From Camelus dromedarius (Eukaryota), in the NCBI RefSeq assembly GCF_036321535.1, contig NC_087436.1, forward strand, positions 25,174,001 to 25,238,000: a stretch of DNA of 64,000 nucleotides. Reading direction: 5' to 3'. The translations under genes were made by a program, and so were the position numbers. Shown here in pieces: positions 40,307 to 53,010 of the stretch. The notes under the pieces were generated by a model. The model did not search any database. It saw only the letters and a list, made by a program, of their open reading frames with translations, and was not told the DNA's origin. Numbering within the stretch: the stretch's first letter is position 1; every line of letters begins with the position of its first letter.

Positions 40307-42667
40307 TGAAAGACATAAACTGTGAGTGTCTATGAAAGTATGGTCCATGTAATGTGGCTTTGAGAGACCTGAACTGCAGACACTGACTGTTTCAGAATCT
40401 GGAAGAATGGACAGACCACTTATCCTTTAAATGATCTTCTGTGATGACCAGTACTTTTAGCCAGGCTGCGGCTGTGAAGTTGTAATGATGGAAGTTACTG
40501 TGATGTGCTGGTATTCCTGGTTGAGGATAGAATCATAATCTCAAGACCCAGGAGAAGAGTTTGTAAAGTCAGTGTCCTGTTTTTCCCTCTGAAGGACAGA
40601 ACAAGACAGGTGTTTCTTAGGGTGCTCTGGTACGTGAGCAAGTGCTCAGCTGAATTTTCGAAGTATCCTGTTAAACAGTTTTTACCAATCAGTTTTATTT
40701 GCTAAAATGATTGAATAATCAACTTTCCAGTGAAATGAACTTCAGGCTTTGTGAATCCAACAACCTCTGTAACTAATGAGGCCGTTTAAGCCTAGTAGGG
40801 TCCAGTGATGTCCTGGGTCCCCACTAGTGACTGGAACATGACTGAATTAGAATCTAGATGATTTTTCATACTTTTCATACTGGGTTAAAACAAGTATCAG
40901 AGGCAAAACTGCAGAGAAAAGATGTTGCATGAGGAAAATTTACACTTGGGATGGTTTTTTTCTTGTTAAAGGAATTTGGGGATGGGGCTGAGGGAAAATA
41001 TGGAAGAGAAGGAAAATTATGGGGTGGGTGAATGTGGGGACCACTTCTCTTTCCAGGGCAGTCAGTCCTTCAATGGTTGCATGCTGTGTTTGACTTTAAA
41101 AAATTATCCATAGGGAGAATTTGCCTATGAACCCTGGTAGTTGAAGAAAAGGCATCAGCAAATATAAAATAAAGCACATGCTTATTTTTCAAAAGGTTTA
41201 ACTTTTGAGCTGAGAGATAAAGGATGATAAAATTTACATTTCTGCTGGGAATATGAATCTTTGTGAATGAACAGGAGAGGAGAGGATTCCTTACAGGAGG
41301 TTCTTCCATCCTGGGGGCCTTTGCAACCTTTGCAGGCAGCTGTCAACTGTTCCAAGCAGGAGTCTTCATCATCATTTTCTTGACAATGACGTGTCGTCTC
41401 TCTAAGCTGGCAAGGTGCTGAGCCCGTCAACTCTATTTCTTCTCATCTTCCCCTTTCTCTGTGGCTCCATTAGGCCTCAGTGGCACGTTCTCTGTGGCCA
41501 GGCCATGTAGATTTACCACTTTGATTAAAGCCAGGCCAGAGCTATTGACTCCCCTACCAACTTCAAACCCTTCCTACTAAGAATTATTCCCTCAATTACC
41601 TATAAGTATGATTTGTGGCAGTGAAAAATTATTTTTAAATGTATAGGATCAAATATATATATTCACAACTTTATAATCATTCATTTATCAGTATTTTATG
41701 AAACCAGTTTATATATTTTTTGAACTATTTTAGGAAGCCAGTATTGAGTCCAAAGAGTTACCTAAAGACATGACTTGTTCCATCTAATGGAGTGATTTTT
41801 AAATCATTTGAAAGCACTAGATCACTTCATTTGTCTGTCGGAACATCAATACATAAAGCAAGTGTGAGACGACTGATCTGGTTGAAGTGAGATTAGGTCA
41901 GTCTATAATCCTATCAATTGTCCACCTTCCATTCTGATTCCCAGAGCACCCAGTTGGAAGGCCAGCTGTCCACTAGATCATCAGATATCAAAGCAAAATG
42001 GTTACTGATAATTCCACTTGTGATGGTTGGTCACAAACGTTGAAGGCAGTGTCTCGTGGTAGAAGCAGTAGTTCATTTGTCATGGTTGAACATCTCCATA
42101 TTTACCTGTTCCATTTCTTATCGCACAGCTGGTCAGAAATGTGACTGGATTTGATTTACCGGTTTTATAGTAGAAGTGTTACTAGTTCCTTCTAAGACAC
42201 ATGTTTATGGCCTGAGTGAATTTTGATGCTAATTCCCATTTACTATGCCAAAGTGGGTATATTTATTTTATGTTGCCTTGTTCTCAGTGTAGAGTGTATT
42301 TATTCAATAATGCGTTGTCTTATTATGTATCGTTGACCAAAACAAAAGGCAGTTGTGCTATGATCTTTGTTGGATTGGTGGTAATTGTCAGAAGTGCAGA
42401 AGATTTTATATTTCAAAATAGTGATCAGTCTTTGCTCTATTCCTGGGAAGACTTTCACTATCCTAACTTTTTCAGTGGTGTGTATTTTAATTTGATTTTT
42501 GTCATTTGTGACATTATTTTAAAGACATTCTATCATATACTGATCTCTTATAAAACAGAAAATTTCATGTAAGATAAAAGTTAATGAGGACCCTTTTTTG
42601 TCTACTATAAATTAATTCACTGAGATTGACAAAAGGCCTTGATATAATGAGGCCCTTTATTCTTTTA

Positions 42668-43092
42668 TTAGTTAGGGTAACACTAGCTGCTACAACAAGC
42701 CATAAAGGTTCAATGGCTTTAAACAACTGCAAGTTGAATTTTTAAATCACGTGATGATCCACTGTTGGTGCCCCCAACTGATTGGTGGACTTTCTTCCAT
42801 GTGTTGATTCTGTGGCCCAGATTCCCTCCACAGCGTGGCTTTGCATCTCTTTAGAGCCTTTGAAACTAGCTGTTAGTTCGTGGAAGGGGGCGGGGAGGGC
42901 AGGGCAACACCCCTTTTAACCACCTTGCCTGCACTTATCACATCAGTTGACATATAAGATTGAGTCACATTCCCAGCTAGATATCAGAGAGGCTGGAAAA
43001 TCTGGTCTTCCTGGGTCACTGCTCCCCAGGAATAACTGATACTTGGGAAAAAGGAACACAAAATTGTGGTGGGTAGTTCTTTCCTCAGCCAC
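42668..43092. mobile_element. MLT1-like MaLR LTR remnant
   Basis: 'tagttagggtaacactagctgctacaaca...caatggctttaaacaa...gaggctggaaaat...gccaca'. Confidence 0.6.
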
Positions 43093-45689
43093 ACATATCT
43101 GAATCTCAGGAACTCTGTTATAAAAAAGAAAAATGGTTTGCTGAGATGTTGTATTACCTTAGAATACTTTAGACAAAATCCTGAGGAAAATGATAACATT
43201 TTCTAAGGTACACTGTAAAAACAATATAACAGAAATAAGAGTTGGACATTAGTGGAAATGTAATTTATTGTTATTAAACTATATTGTCTTTGTAGTTACT
43301 TGCTAGCATTTTATTGGAAACCAATTTTGTTTTTGTTTTTGAACACTCCAACTTGCCTACTAATATCTTAACGTTCACCCATGATAAATATGGATAACTA
43401 TAATACATCTGGAAGACACACTCTCAATCTTTAGAAAATTAGAAATAATGAGATGCAGACAAGGCAGATTTTTTTGTTTGTAGGAAATTCAAGCAAATGA
43501 AAATTTACTTTCAAGCTACATTTTGCTGAATAATTTTATTTAGGAGTGAATTTATTCTAATAGTAGGATGAAAAGTAAAGTATTACTGGAGCTAAAAATG
43601 CTTATACTAATGCTTCTGATTGCTTATTACCCTATGTTTCTGAATTGTAAGTTACCATTTTAGTTTATTTTTCTATGTGGTTTTGCTGCACTTTTCTCTC
43701 TCCTTTTTGCATATGTGTACATTTTTCCATGAGCCTCCTTCAGCCTGCGGTCTTTTAATCTGTGTCTGTTCATTTCTCACATCTCCCTACAGGTCTCTCT
43801 GTCTTCTCTTTTTGTTTATGGGGTTCTTCATCTGTGGACAAAGGAGAATGGTGAGATTTAGGTTAGGCATCAGTAGTATTGAAATTTAAAACGTCTCAGT
43901 GAAAACCCCCGTAGCCCTGCCCTGGTGCTGTCAGAAGCGGAGGCCAGGTGTTTAATGCTTGAACTCAGTGGGATCACTGTGTACCTTTATGTGACAATCT
44001 GCTTGTCACATCACTGTGTTCAGCCTTGGCCCAGAAATTGTCATTAAGTTAGAACATGAACCATGAACCTTTAAGAATGTTTATAAATAGGTTTATTGAA
44101 TGTATTCTTCTTCTTGCTACATTTTTCTTTCAGCGACAACCCAGGCCTTCCCCCCAGCTACCTGCTGTGTCGCCTTAAGTGCATTTCTTTTGTAATGTTA
44201 TTAACAACCCAAGTCTCACTCACGATGTACAACTGGAGATTCAGGGATAGCACTAAGTAACAGTGAGGCAAAGTCACTGAAAACATACAGAACAATCGTT
44301 TGATTCCAATCATCTGTCATCTAATTATTTCAAGTCTGGAAGACTATCAAGAACACTTACTCGTAATTCATCCCCTGCTAGAAATGCCAGAAATCACATA
44401 ATCAGACAGTAGAGTTCCATGTCTAGGGGTCTCTGGAGAATTTGATATGAGCAAGAATCAGGGAACAAACGTAAAAATGTATGGGGAGAAAATGGTATGA
44501 ATGAAAAATATAAATCTTCTTTAAGATACACACATGACTGAAGTTTGAGAAATGAGGTAAAATTAACAGCAGTGGTAATAAAATGAACTGAATAGTTCTC
44601 CAAAAATTAATTGATGGATCAAAAAGAGAAGCAGATGTTTGAGTAACTTCTGGATCAGATCTAGAGAAAAGCTTTCAAGGTCTCTATGGGTCATTATACA
44701 GAAAATGTGAAATAGGAATGATTCTAAAATAAATACTCAGAATCTGAAGGTACTTATTTATAATTTTAAGTGCTTTATGTGGAAATAAATCACAGCTTTC
44801 TTTCAATTACATACAAACAAATAATCCGTAGTTTACTAATAGAGTTAAAAAACACTTTGAAAAATACGTTTTCCTTTTTCTTTGCATCTCATGTATTAAG
44901 AAGTTTGCCATTTTCTTGCCGTTATTAATCCCCGTTTTTCCTCCTCCCTCCTTTTTCCTGACTGCCAAATACATATGTTAAAATAGTAATGATTTTTAAA
45001 TATAAATGTGAAGCATCACGCACTTACTTCTCTTAGAAGATTCCAGAACACACCAGAGTAGGTTTTAGCAGAACCATTGTCATGCCCAGTCCCATGGCTC
45101 GAAGACAGTTTTAGACGCCCCAGGGTCAGTGAGTTCTATGGTCCCCATTGTGTGTACTCAACACCGTGGAGTGTATGAAATTTATTTTGATTCACACAAA
45201 TCTCAGAAGATTTTGTACCAGTTATAAAACAATTTTAGGAATAGCCTAAATACCAGTGATTACAGCATTACTCAGATGGTCTGAATATCGGAAATCCTTT
45301 TAACCTTCAGATGTCCTCAGCTCTCTGGAGAATCAAGCTAGGTTTACTCTTTTGGTTTTCATGGTAAGAATCTTTTTAGCCAGCATGAAGCCCTGGACAC
45401 AATGATCATTTCTGATGCTCTGTCATGTAGTTGGGAAGCGTATTAAGATTGCATCCAATGCTGCATCATTTGCATGATTATTTGTGATGACTGTTAGGTG
45501 CACAGTAAAATATGTTTGGTTTAAAATGTGTCACGTTGTGACAATCAGCCATCTGATATTTGTATCATTTATATAAAATAGAATACATGTTTCTCAGCAT
45601 GTAAGGATCCTACGAACTTAATACCTCGAGTTAAAGGAAGCACGAAGCAGCCATGATATCATGGACAAGGTGTGCCATGAGTGTGGAAC

Positions 45690-45832
45690 TTAGGGTTGGA
45701 AGATCTGGGTTCAAGTTCCAGCTTTCCCACTTACTAATTTTGTGACCTTGGCCCCCCACTTAACCTCTCAGAGCCTTGGTTCCCTTGTTTGAACATGGTG
45801 GTATAACCTGCTATTTCAGGAGGTAGTTGTGA
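45690..45832 (+). mobile_element. MIR SINE remnant
   Basis: 'gatctgggttcaagttccagctttcccacttactaattttgtgaccttgg..cacttaacctctcagagcct'. Confidence 0.8.
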
Positions 45833-46138
45833 ATTTTGTTTGTTCATATTCTATCTTATTCCACAAAGGATTTGAAATGAAATGTGTGTATTTGGAGATA
45901 AAACCTATTTGCTAGTGCTTCACAGATTATACAGCTATAAGCTACCTGCCGTCACTGTTGGGACCATTTATATTCCTGGGGAGCTCTATCCCTGAGGATG
46001 GAAGTGCTTCTAAGGAGCTGTTCCGGAGACTTCCATTTGATAATTTCAAGTAAAACAAATATTTATCCATGCATGACATAGACTGGTTATAGATGCCAAT
46101 TTAAAATAAACCTACACGAAGGCTATACAAGACCTTTT

Positions 46139-46304
46139 TTCCTTTTTTCAAGTTTCGTTTAATTTTTTTTTTTTTTTTTTTTTTGGTGGGGGGAAGTAAT
46201 TAGGCTTGTGTATTTATTTTTAGAGGAGGTGCTGGGGATTGAACCCAGGCCCTCATGTATGCTAAGCGTGTGTTCTAACACTTGAGCTATACTCTCCCCT
46301 GCCT
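46139..46304 (-). mobile_element. tRNA-derived SINE (camelid Vic-1-like) with polyA tail and 10-bp TSD
   Basis: The minus strand reads GGGGAGAGTATAGCTCAAGTG (A box) ... GGGTTCAATCCCCAG (B box), then an A-rich tail. TSD AAGACCTTTT at 46129-46138 and 46305-46314. The right copy is followed by AA, giving a TTTT/AA L1 endonuclease site. Confidence 0.88.
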
Positions 46305-47680
46305 AAGACCTTTTAATTGAAGACCATTTGTAGCTAATAAAAATATCAGATGGTCGCTTACTTCTCACGTATTAGTACTTAACTGAAAAGGCTACACGTG
46401 ACAAAAAGCTCTTAAGGATTAAGTATGTGTTTTCAGTATCTTATTAATCATTAAAAAACACACAAACATTTGGGAAAAGAGTAGAACTCATAGATGTGAG
46501 TTATTTTTACTCAGCTTAAAGACTATGCTTTTGTTGCACTTAGAATTGGTGGATACCGCCCAATAATACAGGGGCTTTGAAACATCAGTGGCCTACCAGG
46601 TCCTTTAATTCCTTTTATTATCATGTGCCATTCACCTTCATCTTGGGTTGCTAACTGTGCTTATCTGCCCTCTGCATCTAAAGCCTCCAGAAAGATTGCT
46701 CTGGCGTGGCCTAATAGCTTTTATCAGCTCACCCAGTGGCTCTTAAGCTTTGATGCTTGAAATCCAGGAGTTACTCACACAGTGCCAAGCCCTTCTGAGT
46801 AAGTCAGCTGTTTTCCTCGGTAAATGATTGCTGTTTATGCCAAGGCAGCTGCAAACCCCTCTCCTTCCCTTTGTTAAAGTGAAGTGGAACCTTAAGGACA
46901 GGTGGCTATTTGGTCACATCCTCTCCAATTCCCATGGCTTAATCTTGCCTAGAGAGGGATGACTGGGCCTGTTATGATTGGCTGCAAGGTTAGAGCCTTT
47001 TTCTCTTTATCCTATATTTTAAGCTCCTTTGATTTTTCTCCCTTTAGCATCTCTATAGTATATTTGGCTGATAGGAAAATGGTTCATAATCTATTTTAGC
47101 TTGTCTGATAAGTATGCTTACTTGTCCTCCTTTTCCATAGAAGTTGTCTAGGGAAATTTATTCAGTGAGCTTCTGTTTAAAGGCTAAGTTCAAAATAAAC
47201 TGTTTCCTAAACCTTGAAACTCTTGAAAACATTCACCTGACATTATAGTCCATGTTATACAGAAAAATTGTAAGAATCATGCAATAGATTTTCCCCTCCT
47301 TCATACTACAGGAAACTGCATTTTTAGTGAAGACATGAGGAATACAGCCTTGATGAGAGCTTTCCAATAAACATTATGTTCAACAATTATGATTTCTCTG
47401 AAAATTAGTAGGGTTTGGAGACTCACATGCAAGAGAGAGAGAGAGACACTACACTTGAGTGGTTTAGATGCTTTGACTTCAAGCTGGATCAATCTGCAGC
47501 TGAATTCTGGGTTTCCACTTGCCAGCTATATATCCTTGAAGAGTTATGCAAACTCTAAGACTTCATGTCTTCATATATAAAACGGTGACGATGCCCCTCA
47601 CAGGATTTTCCAAGGATAAAGTGAGGCAAATATGTACAGTACCTAATAAAATGGTGGGTTAATAGTAGCAGCTGCTGTTG

Positions 47681-47682
47681 TT

Positions 47683-47761
<79 letters not shown>

Positions 47762-47813
47762 CTCTCTTCTTTCTCTCTTTTTCTCTTTCTCTCTTTCTCT
47801 CTCTCTCTTTCTC

Positions 47814-47881
<68 letters not shown>

Positions 47882-47886
47882 TTTTA
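47681..47886. repeat. Compound (TTTC)n-(TC)n-(TTTC)n microsatellite, about 205 bp
   Basis: Direct reading of the sequence. Confidence 0.98.
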
Positions 47887-49499
47887 ATTGACGAGCTGAG
47901 GACAGAAGGAAAGGGAAACTAACCTGGGAGACTGGACTTCTTTTAGAATCCCTTCTGCTAAAATCAGTTTAGAAATTCTTTCTCAGAAAGACCATACTCT
48001 CCGGGTGGGAAACAGGGAGGCTGCCCTGGGAGAGCTGGGCTGAGAGGCGGGATGCTGTGCTGGGAGAGCCACTGCCCAATTCCAGACAGAGTTGGCTCTT
48101 AGCAGCATCATGTGATGTGATGGTACCACCTGTCCTGGACAGGGTAGGTGACTTCGCTGTGCTTGACAATACGTCCCGTCACTTTTTATTAGCAGCCTTC
48201 ATCCTCTTCTTGTCAGCAAATCTCTTGAGTCTCTTCCTCCCTCTCTCTGCTTCTCTCCTCCATGGAAAGAACTTAAAACCCCATTTGGGGTGTTAGAGAA
48301 GCTAAAGGATTTGAGTTTAAAACAATACAGGGAGTGGTTGAGTGCTTCACCCACCCCCATGCTCCTCTTTCTAGCCCTGCGCACACCGATGTAGCGCCTT
48401 TCTTTCAAAGAACCAGAATTCATCTTTAATTCGCCTTTTGCCATTTACCCCTTGTATTTAATTGGCCCGGTGATTGCCTTTGCTTACATTTAGCATTTAT
48501 CAGTCACAACGAGCAATGCGTGTTACAGTGTGAACAGAAAATTCCGCAGGACCCTCTTCGCACTGGGGAAGGGGAACATCTGTTCCTTTCCTATAAGGAT
48601 GCCAGGATTTTCGAGGTCAGTGTGTTTCCCCATCAAGGCTTAAGGCTTTGGGGATCAGGGGGAAGTGTCAGGCTCCAAGCAGCATAATGAATGGCAGTTG
48701 CTGACTGGCTGGGTTTGCCTGTTCTCAACGGGGGCTAGAGAATTCAGCGTAATGAGCTGGGACTTAGTGTGCTCAACACACCCGACTTGGGGAGCGAGGC
48801 AGGCTGTGCTTTTTTTTTTTTTCCCCTGGTTCAGAACTGTATTTTCATCTTGTAAGAAATTATATTGAGGTCTTCATTAGTGGCACCCAGCAGGGTTGAG
48901 GCTCCATGAGGGCTGATAAGCTGGATGACTAAAAAACCCATCAGCCTTTGTGCCGGGAGCAGAAGGTTTAAGTTGCTTGGACTGGAAAGAGTCTGAAGAG
49001 GTGATTATGTTCAGCAAGTAATGTCTCAGTAACATGGGATCAGATTATTAGGGTCAGTAACTTCCTGACTTTCCTAGTGCATTAAATGAAGACATAACAT
49101 TGCATTTGCACCGGCTACGTCTTGATGCCACCCGGTGTCAGCACTGTCTGGTCATATGTACTTCACAGCGTGTCACCTCTAATTTCATGGGATTATCTAC
49201 GCTGTTGCTTCAATATATACTCATGATCTTGAGCCTCCTTTGAACTCACAGCAGGGCAGTGCAAAGTCGTTATTGGGAGCACGTCTTTGTTTATTTTGTG
49301 TTAGATACAAAATTATTATTATATGTTATTACGTTTAGAAAGGTAGATCTATCCTGCTCTCATGCTTCCAAAAGGGTCCTCTTATTTGCTGGTAAGGGGA
49401 ATTACTGAAGGGGAAAATGCTGAATGCAAAAGACCTTTTTGGAGACTAGTATTAGAAAGGTGTCAAGGCAAGTGAATTAGTATTAGAAAGGCATAGAGG

Positions 49500-49659
49500 A
49501 CAGTGGAACATGGAGTATGGTCCCCTGGCCAACAGCATAAGAACCACCAGGAACCTGTTGGAAATGCACATCCTCCCAAATCAGAAACTCTTGAGATGGG
49601 CTCAGCAGTCTGTGTTTTAACAAGCCTTCCATGTTCAAGTTTGAGAAACGCTGCTGTAG
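49500..49659. mobile_element. MER5A-like DNA transposon remnant
   Basis: 'tggtcccctggccaacagcat..tgttggaaatgca..aatcagaaactct..gtctgtgttttaacaagcc..aagtttgagaa'. Confidence 0.7.
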
Positions 49660-49928
49660 CATTTATAGTGTGCAAGAAATGGACAGACACACGTGTCCTG
49701 CGGGTAGAGGAAGAGACAAGATGGATGTCGCATCTCCCCTCGTGGACCTTAATCAATTACAGAGGAGTGTGTGGTGCTGCATCCTGATGCAATGTTCATA
49801 CATACCCAACAAAGCCTGTCGTTATCCGCACCCTTTTATTCTGTGTTTGAATTAGCCTCATATCTTCTTTGGTTTCAGAGAAATTACTAACAAAAGAGGA
49901 CTAACAAGCAATTTTTTGTGCATTTCAG

Positions 49929-50052
49929 AACCATCCCCCTTGCCATATGTATATCCATGGCCATTGTCACTGTTGGCTACGTGCTCACAAACGTGGCCTA
50001 CTTTACGACCATTAGTGCTGAGGAGCTGCTGCTTTCCAATGCAGTGGCAGTG
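49929..50052 (+). CDS. SLC7A11: xCT coding exon 7 (124 nt): [41 protein letters not shown]
   Basis: Acceptor catttcag|A and donor GTG|gtaagt. The frame continues from exon 6 (AA+A = Lys). Confidence 0.97.
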
Positions 50053-50518
50053 GTAAGTCGAAGTTGGGAAAATGCCAACTGGAATTTAGGTTAATGAGTT
50101 GATGCAGTTTTATACTAGTGTTTTGAAATTCAGTAATTTTTGCAGAACTGAGTGATAATGAATATTTTAAAAATTTAGGACACACCGTAGCATCTTCCGT
50201 TTAACTGATACAACTAAAATCCTCTATGATTTTCCTGTATTTTAATTTCTTGTAAAACATTTCCACCTCTACGTGCTTGAAAACACATTTCCACACATAC
50301 ATGTTGAATAGAAGGCTTTATTGGAAATCATGAATAGAAGTTTTTAAGGACAGGTGGGCAGTTACTGAGTTTAAATAAATGCCTTTTGGGGTATGCAAAT
50401 TGCAGTTTATTCTGTGCTCTCTCCTATTTGGACACGTTTCAGATGCTAACTTCAAATCTTTTTCCCAAAGTACCACTTAAGAATTTCTAAGTGGACCATA
50501 TACATTTGTTTTTACTAG

Positions 50519-50520
50519 TA

Positions 50521-50553
<33 letters not shown>

Positions 50554-50575
50554 GTGTATGTATATATATATATAT
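50519..50575. repeat. (TG)n(TA)n compound microsatellite
   Basis: Direct reading of the sequence. Confidence 0.95.
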
Positions 50576-51974
50576 CTCCCTTTGAATACTAGTTCTAGGA
50601 TATTATTAGTGTGGGGAAATACTGAGTTATTCAAAGTTAAACAGATGTCATTGCTGCAGTAGTTCTCAGAATATTATAGAAGCTAATGTGCATTTTAACT
50701 CCCTAAGAAGTGAATACTCATAATTTTACAGCATTTTCCAAAATTCATTTGACTTCAGCACCATCTTTGCTCCCGAAGGTCATGTTACGGGTCTGCTATT
50801 CTGTGACACACACTTTTTGGTATAAAAACTTAGCTAGTAAGAGAGCATTCATTCATGACCTTCTAACAATGAAGGGTGAAAAAAAAGAACTTCCCATCAC
50901 TAGATGTCAGTTCCTTTTAAAATAGTCACTATTGCCTCATATGAGAAACATCCACAGGGAACAAATTATCTCATTTCATGTGAACCTATGTACGAGTTCA
51001 CTGTATGAAGAAAAGACTTTGCCTAGTGCTGTAACTTCTGCCAGACAACTCAGTGCACAAAGCTTCCAGATGTCGGGTCGTCATCTCGTCTTACTAGACA
51101 AAGTGCAGCACTTATTCTTTGAGCGTAATGTGGCCCATTAATTACACAGCACCAGCTGTATCAAGGACAAGTAAAGAATCCCATTTTTTTTTTTTTTTTT
51201 TTTTTGGAAAATACACCCTTCGTGAAGATTTGCAATGTCGCACATGCCAGGGAATAAAAGGAAACGTCATAAGTTTGGTTTATCTTTTATATATCTGTGG
51301 CTTGATTTCCTCAGACTTGTTTTGGTGTTTTAGCCTTATAATAGGAAACTCCAGAAGAAATTGGCAGAGACACCTGAGAGGGCAGGAGTGACTCGATAAA
51401 CCGAGATTGAGCTAATGTGATTATTCTGGGCAAAAGATTTTCAGAACTGCTCACATCTCTGATATACAGGATTAGGTCATCAGTTACTTTTCACCACACT
51501 TTTAAATCATGACAGTGGAATTGATATATGAAACACATATCAGTAACACTTCTCAGTGTACCATTGTACTTCACTATTAAAAATGTGGCTTTCCAGACCA
51601 AAGAGAAGGTATTACACACAGAAGGACTTTTGTCTCCAAAAGGAGAATCGAGCTTTTTTTTTTTTTACTTAACAGAGTCAGAGATGATAGATATCACAGT
51701 TGATAAAAATTTGATAAATGAATCATTGTTTTTTGAAAGAGGTAAGGTGCTTGCTTAGACCATTGCCAATAGTTTTGCAACAAGCAATAACATAGTACCT
51801 GCCTTTGATTATTGTCTTAAGAGGTTAGTCTGACCCTAACTCAAAAGAAAGATTATAAAACATACACATATCACCAAGTGAACAGAAAGTCATAGAGCGA
51901 GTTTGGCCTAAATTGTTTCATTTTATTCCACTTCCTGGCAAAGCATTAATTTGCTTCATTCTGTGTTTCACTAG

Positions 51975-52078
51975 ACCTTTTCTGAGCGGCTCCTGGGAAA
52001 TCTCTCATTAGCAGTTCCGATCTTTGTTGCCCTCTCCTGCTTTGGCTCCATGAATGGTGGTGTGTTTGCTGTCTCCAG
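51975..52078 (+). CDS. SLC7A11: xCT coding exon 8 (104 nt): [34 protein letters not shown](R)
   Basis: Acceptor tttcactag|A and donor AG|gtgagt. TM8 with the C327 and F336 equivalents. Confidence 0.97.
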
Positions 52079-52913
52079 GTGAGTGAGTTCAAGCATTTCT
52101 AGCAACACATTTCTGTTTTGGAGACTGGATGTAGTAAGGATAAGTTTCAAAGGAAAAGAAATAGTGCCTCCATGCCTGTTGTTTTTAAAGGGACAGGGAA
52201 CATGAAGTCTTCCTCCAAGTATCAGCCGCACTTCCTGCTCTGTCCATTAGAGGGCACTGCATGTTTAATCATAGCCTGCTTTGAAGTCAGGCGTGAAGTT
52301 TTGGGGAGTTTGGGGGGGGGTTGGGGTTTTGTGTTTTTTTGTTGGTTTTTTTTTTTTTTGGTTTTTTAATTGTGTGTCTGCAGTTTAACAACAGCATTTT
52401 GTTTCTGGTGATAAAATCTTTTGTTTCTCTAAAAGTGACAAGAAAAAAAGTAAAGTAAGAGACATCACAAATCACCAGCCCACCATCTGTATCCCTTCTG
52501 TTTGATGCAGAAGTGCCTTTTGTTTTAACATGATTAAAACTTGATCAGATAAATCTGTGTGTGTACATGTGTTGGGTTGGACTGGATTAACAACACACAT
52601 GCAATTCTAGGAACCTGGAACTAAATTCACTGTCAGCTGTTTATACACAGGCTGAGCTGTGTTGAGCTGGAGGTTGCTATTGTTTCTCCCCAAAGAATCA
52701 TGCCAGATTTTGGCCGATTTTATACAGTTCTAAGGCAGATTTCTCATGATGTACTCTCCCTTAGCTGAAAAGTGAAGTCTAAGTAACCACCTAAGAAATG
52801 TCCAGCCATTTCATGTGAAGAAGATGCAAGTTTTCTCTTAGATTTCTGGATTTTTTTCCCCTTTGAAATGATCAATTACACAGTCAACTCCACCCCCATT
52901 TTTCTCCCATCAG

Positions 52914-53010
52914 GTTATTCTATGTCGCATCTCGAGAGGGTCACCTTCCAGAAATCCTCTCCATGATTCACGTCCGCAAGCACACGCCTCTGCCAGCTGT
53001 TATTGTTTTG
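52914..53010 (+). CDS. SLC7A11: xCT coding exon 9 (97 nt): (R)[32 protein letters not shown]
   Basis: Acceptor ttctcccatcag|G and donor TTG|gtaatg. LAT-family SRxFY..REGHLP..TP motif. Confidence 0.97.

Noticed and set aside
46225..46299. tRNA-like sequence with A and B boxes
   Set aside because: It has a SINE tail and TSD and a diverged body, so it is a SINE head rather than a tRNA gene.
47678..47887. (FLSF)n hydrophobic ORF
   Set aside because: It is a translation of the (TTTC)n microsatellite.
49447..49491. 14-bp direct repeat TAGTATTAGAAAGG with a 17-bp spacer, superficially CRISPR- or TSD-like
   Set aside because: Only two copies in mammalian intron, with no associated genes. Most likely a micro-duplication.
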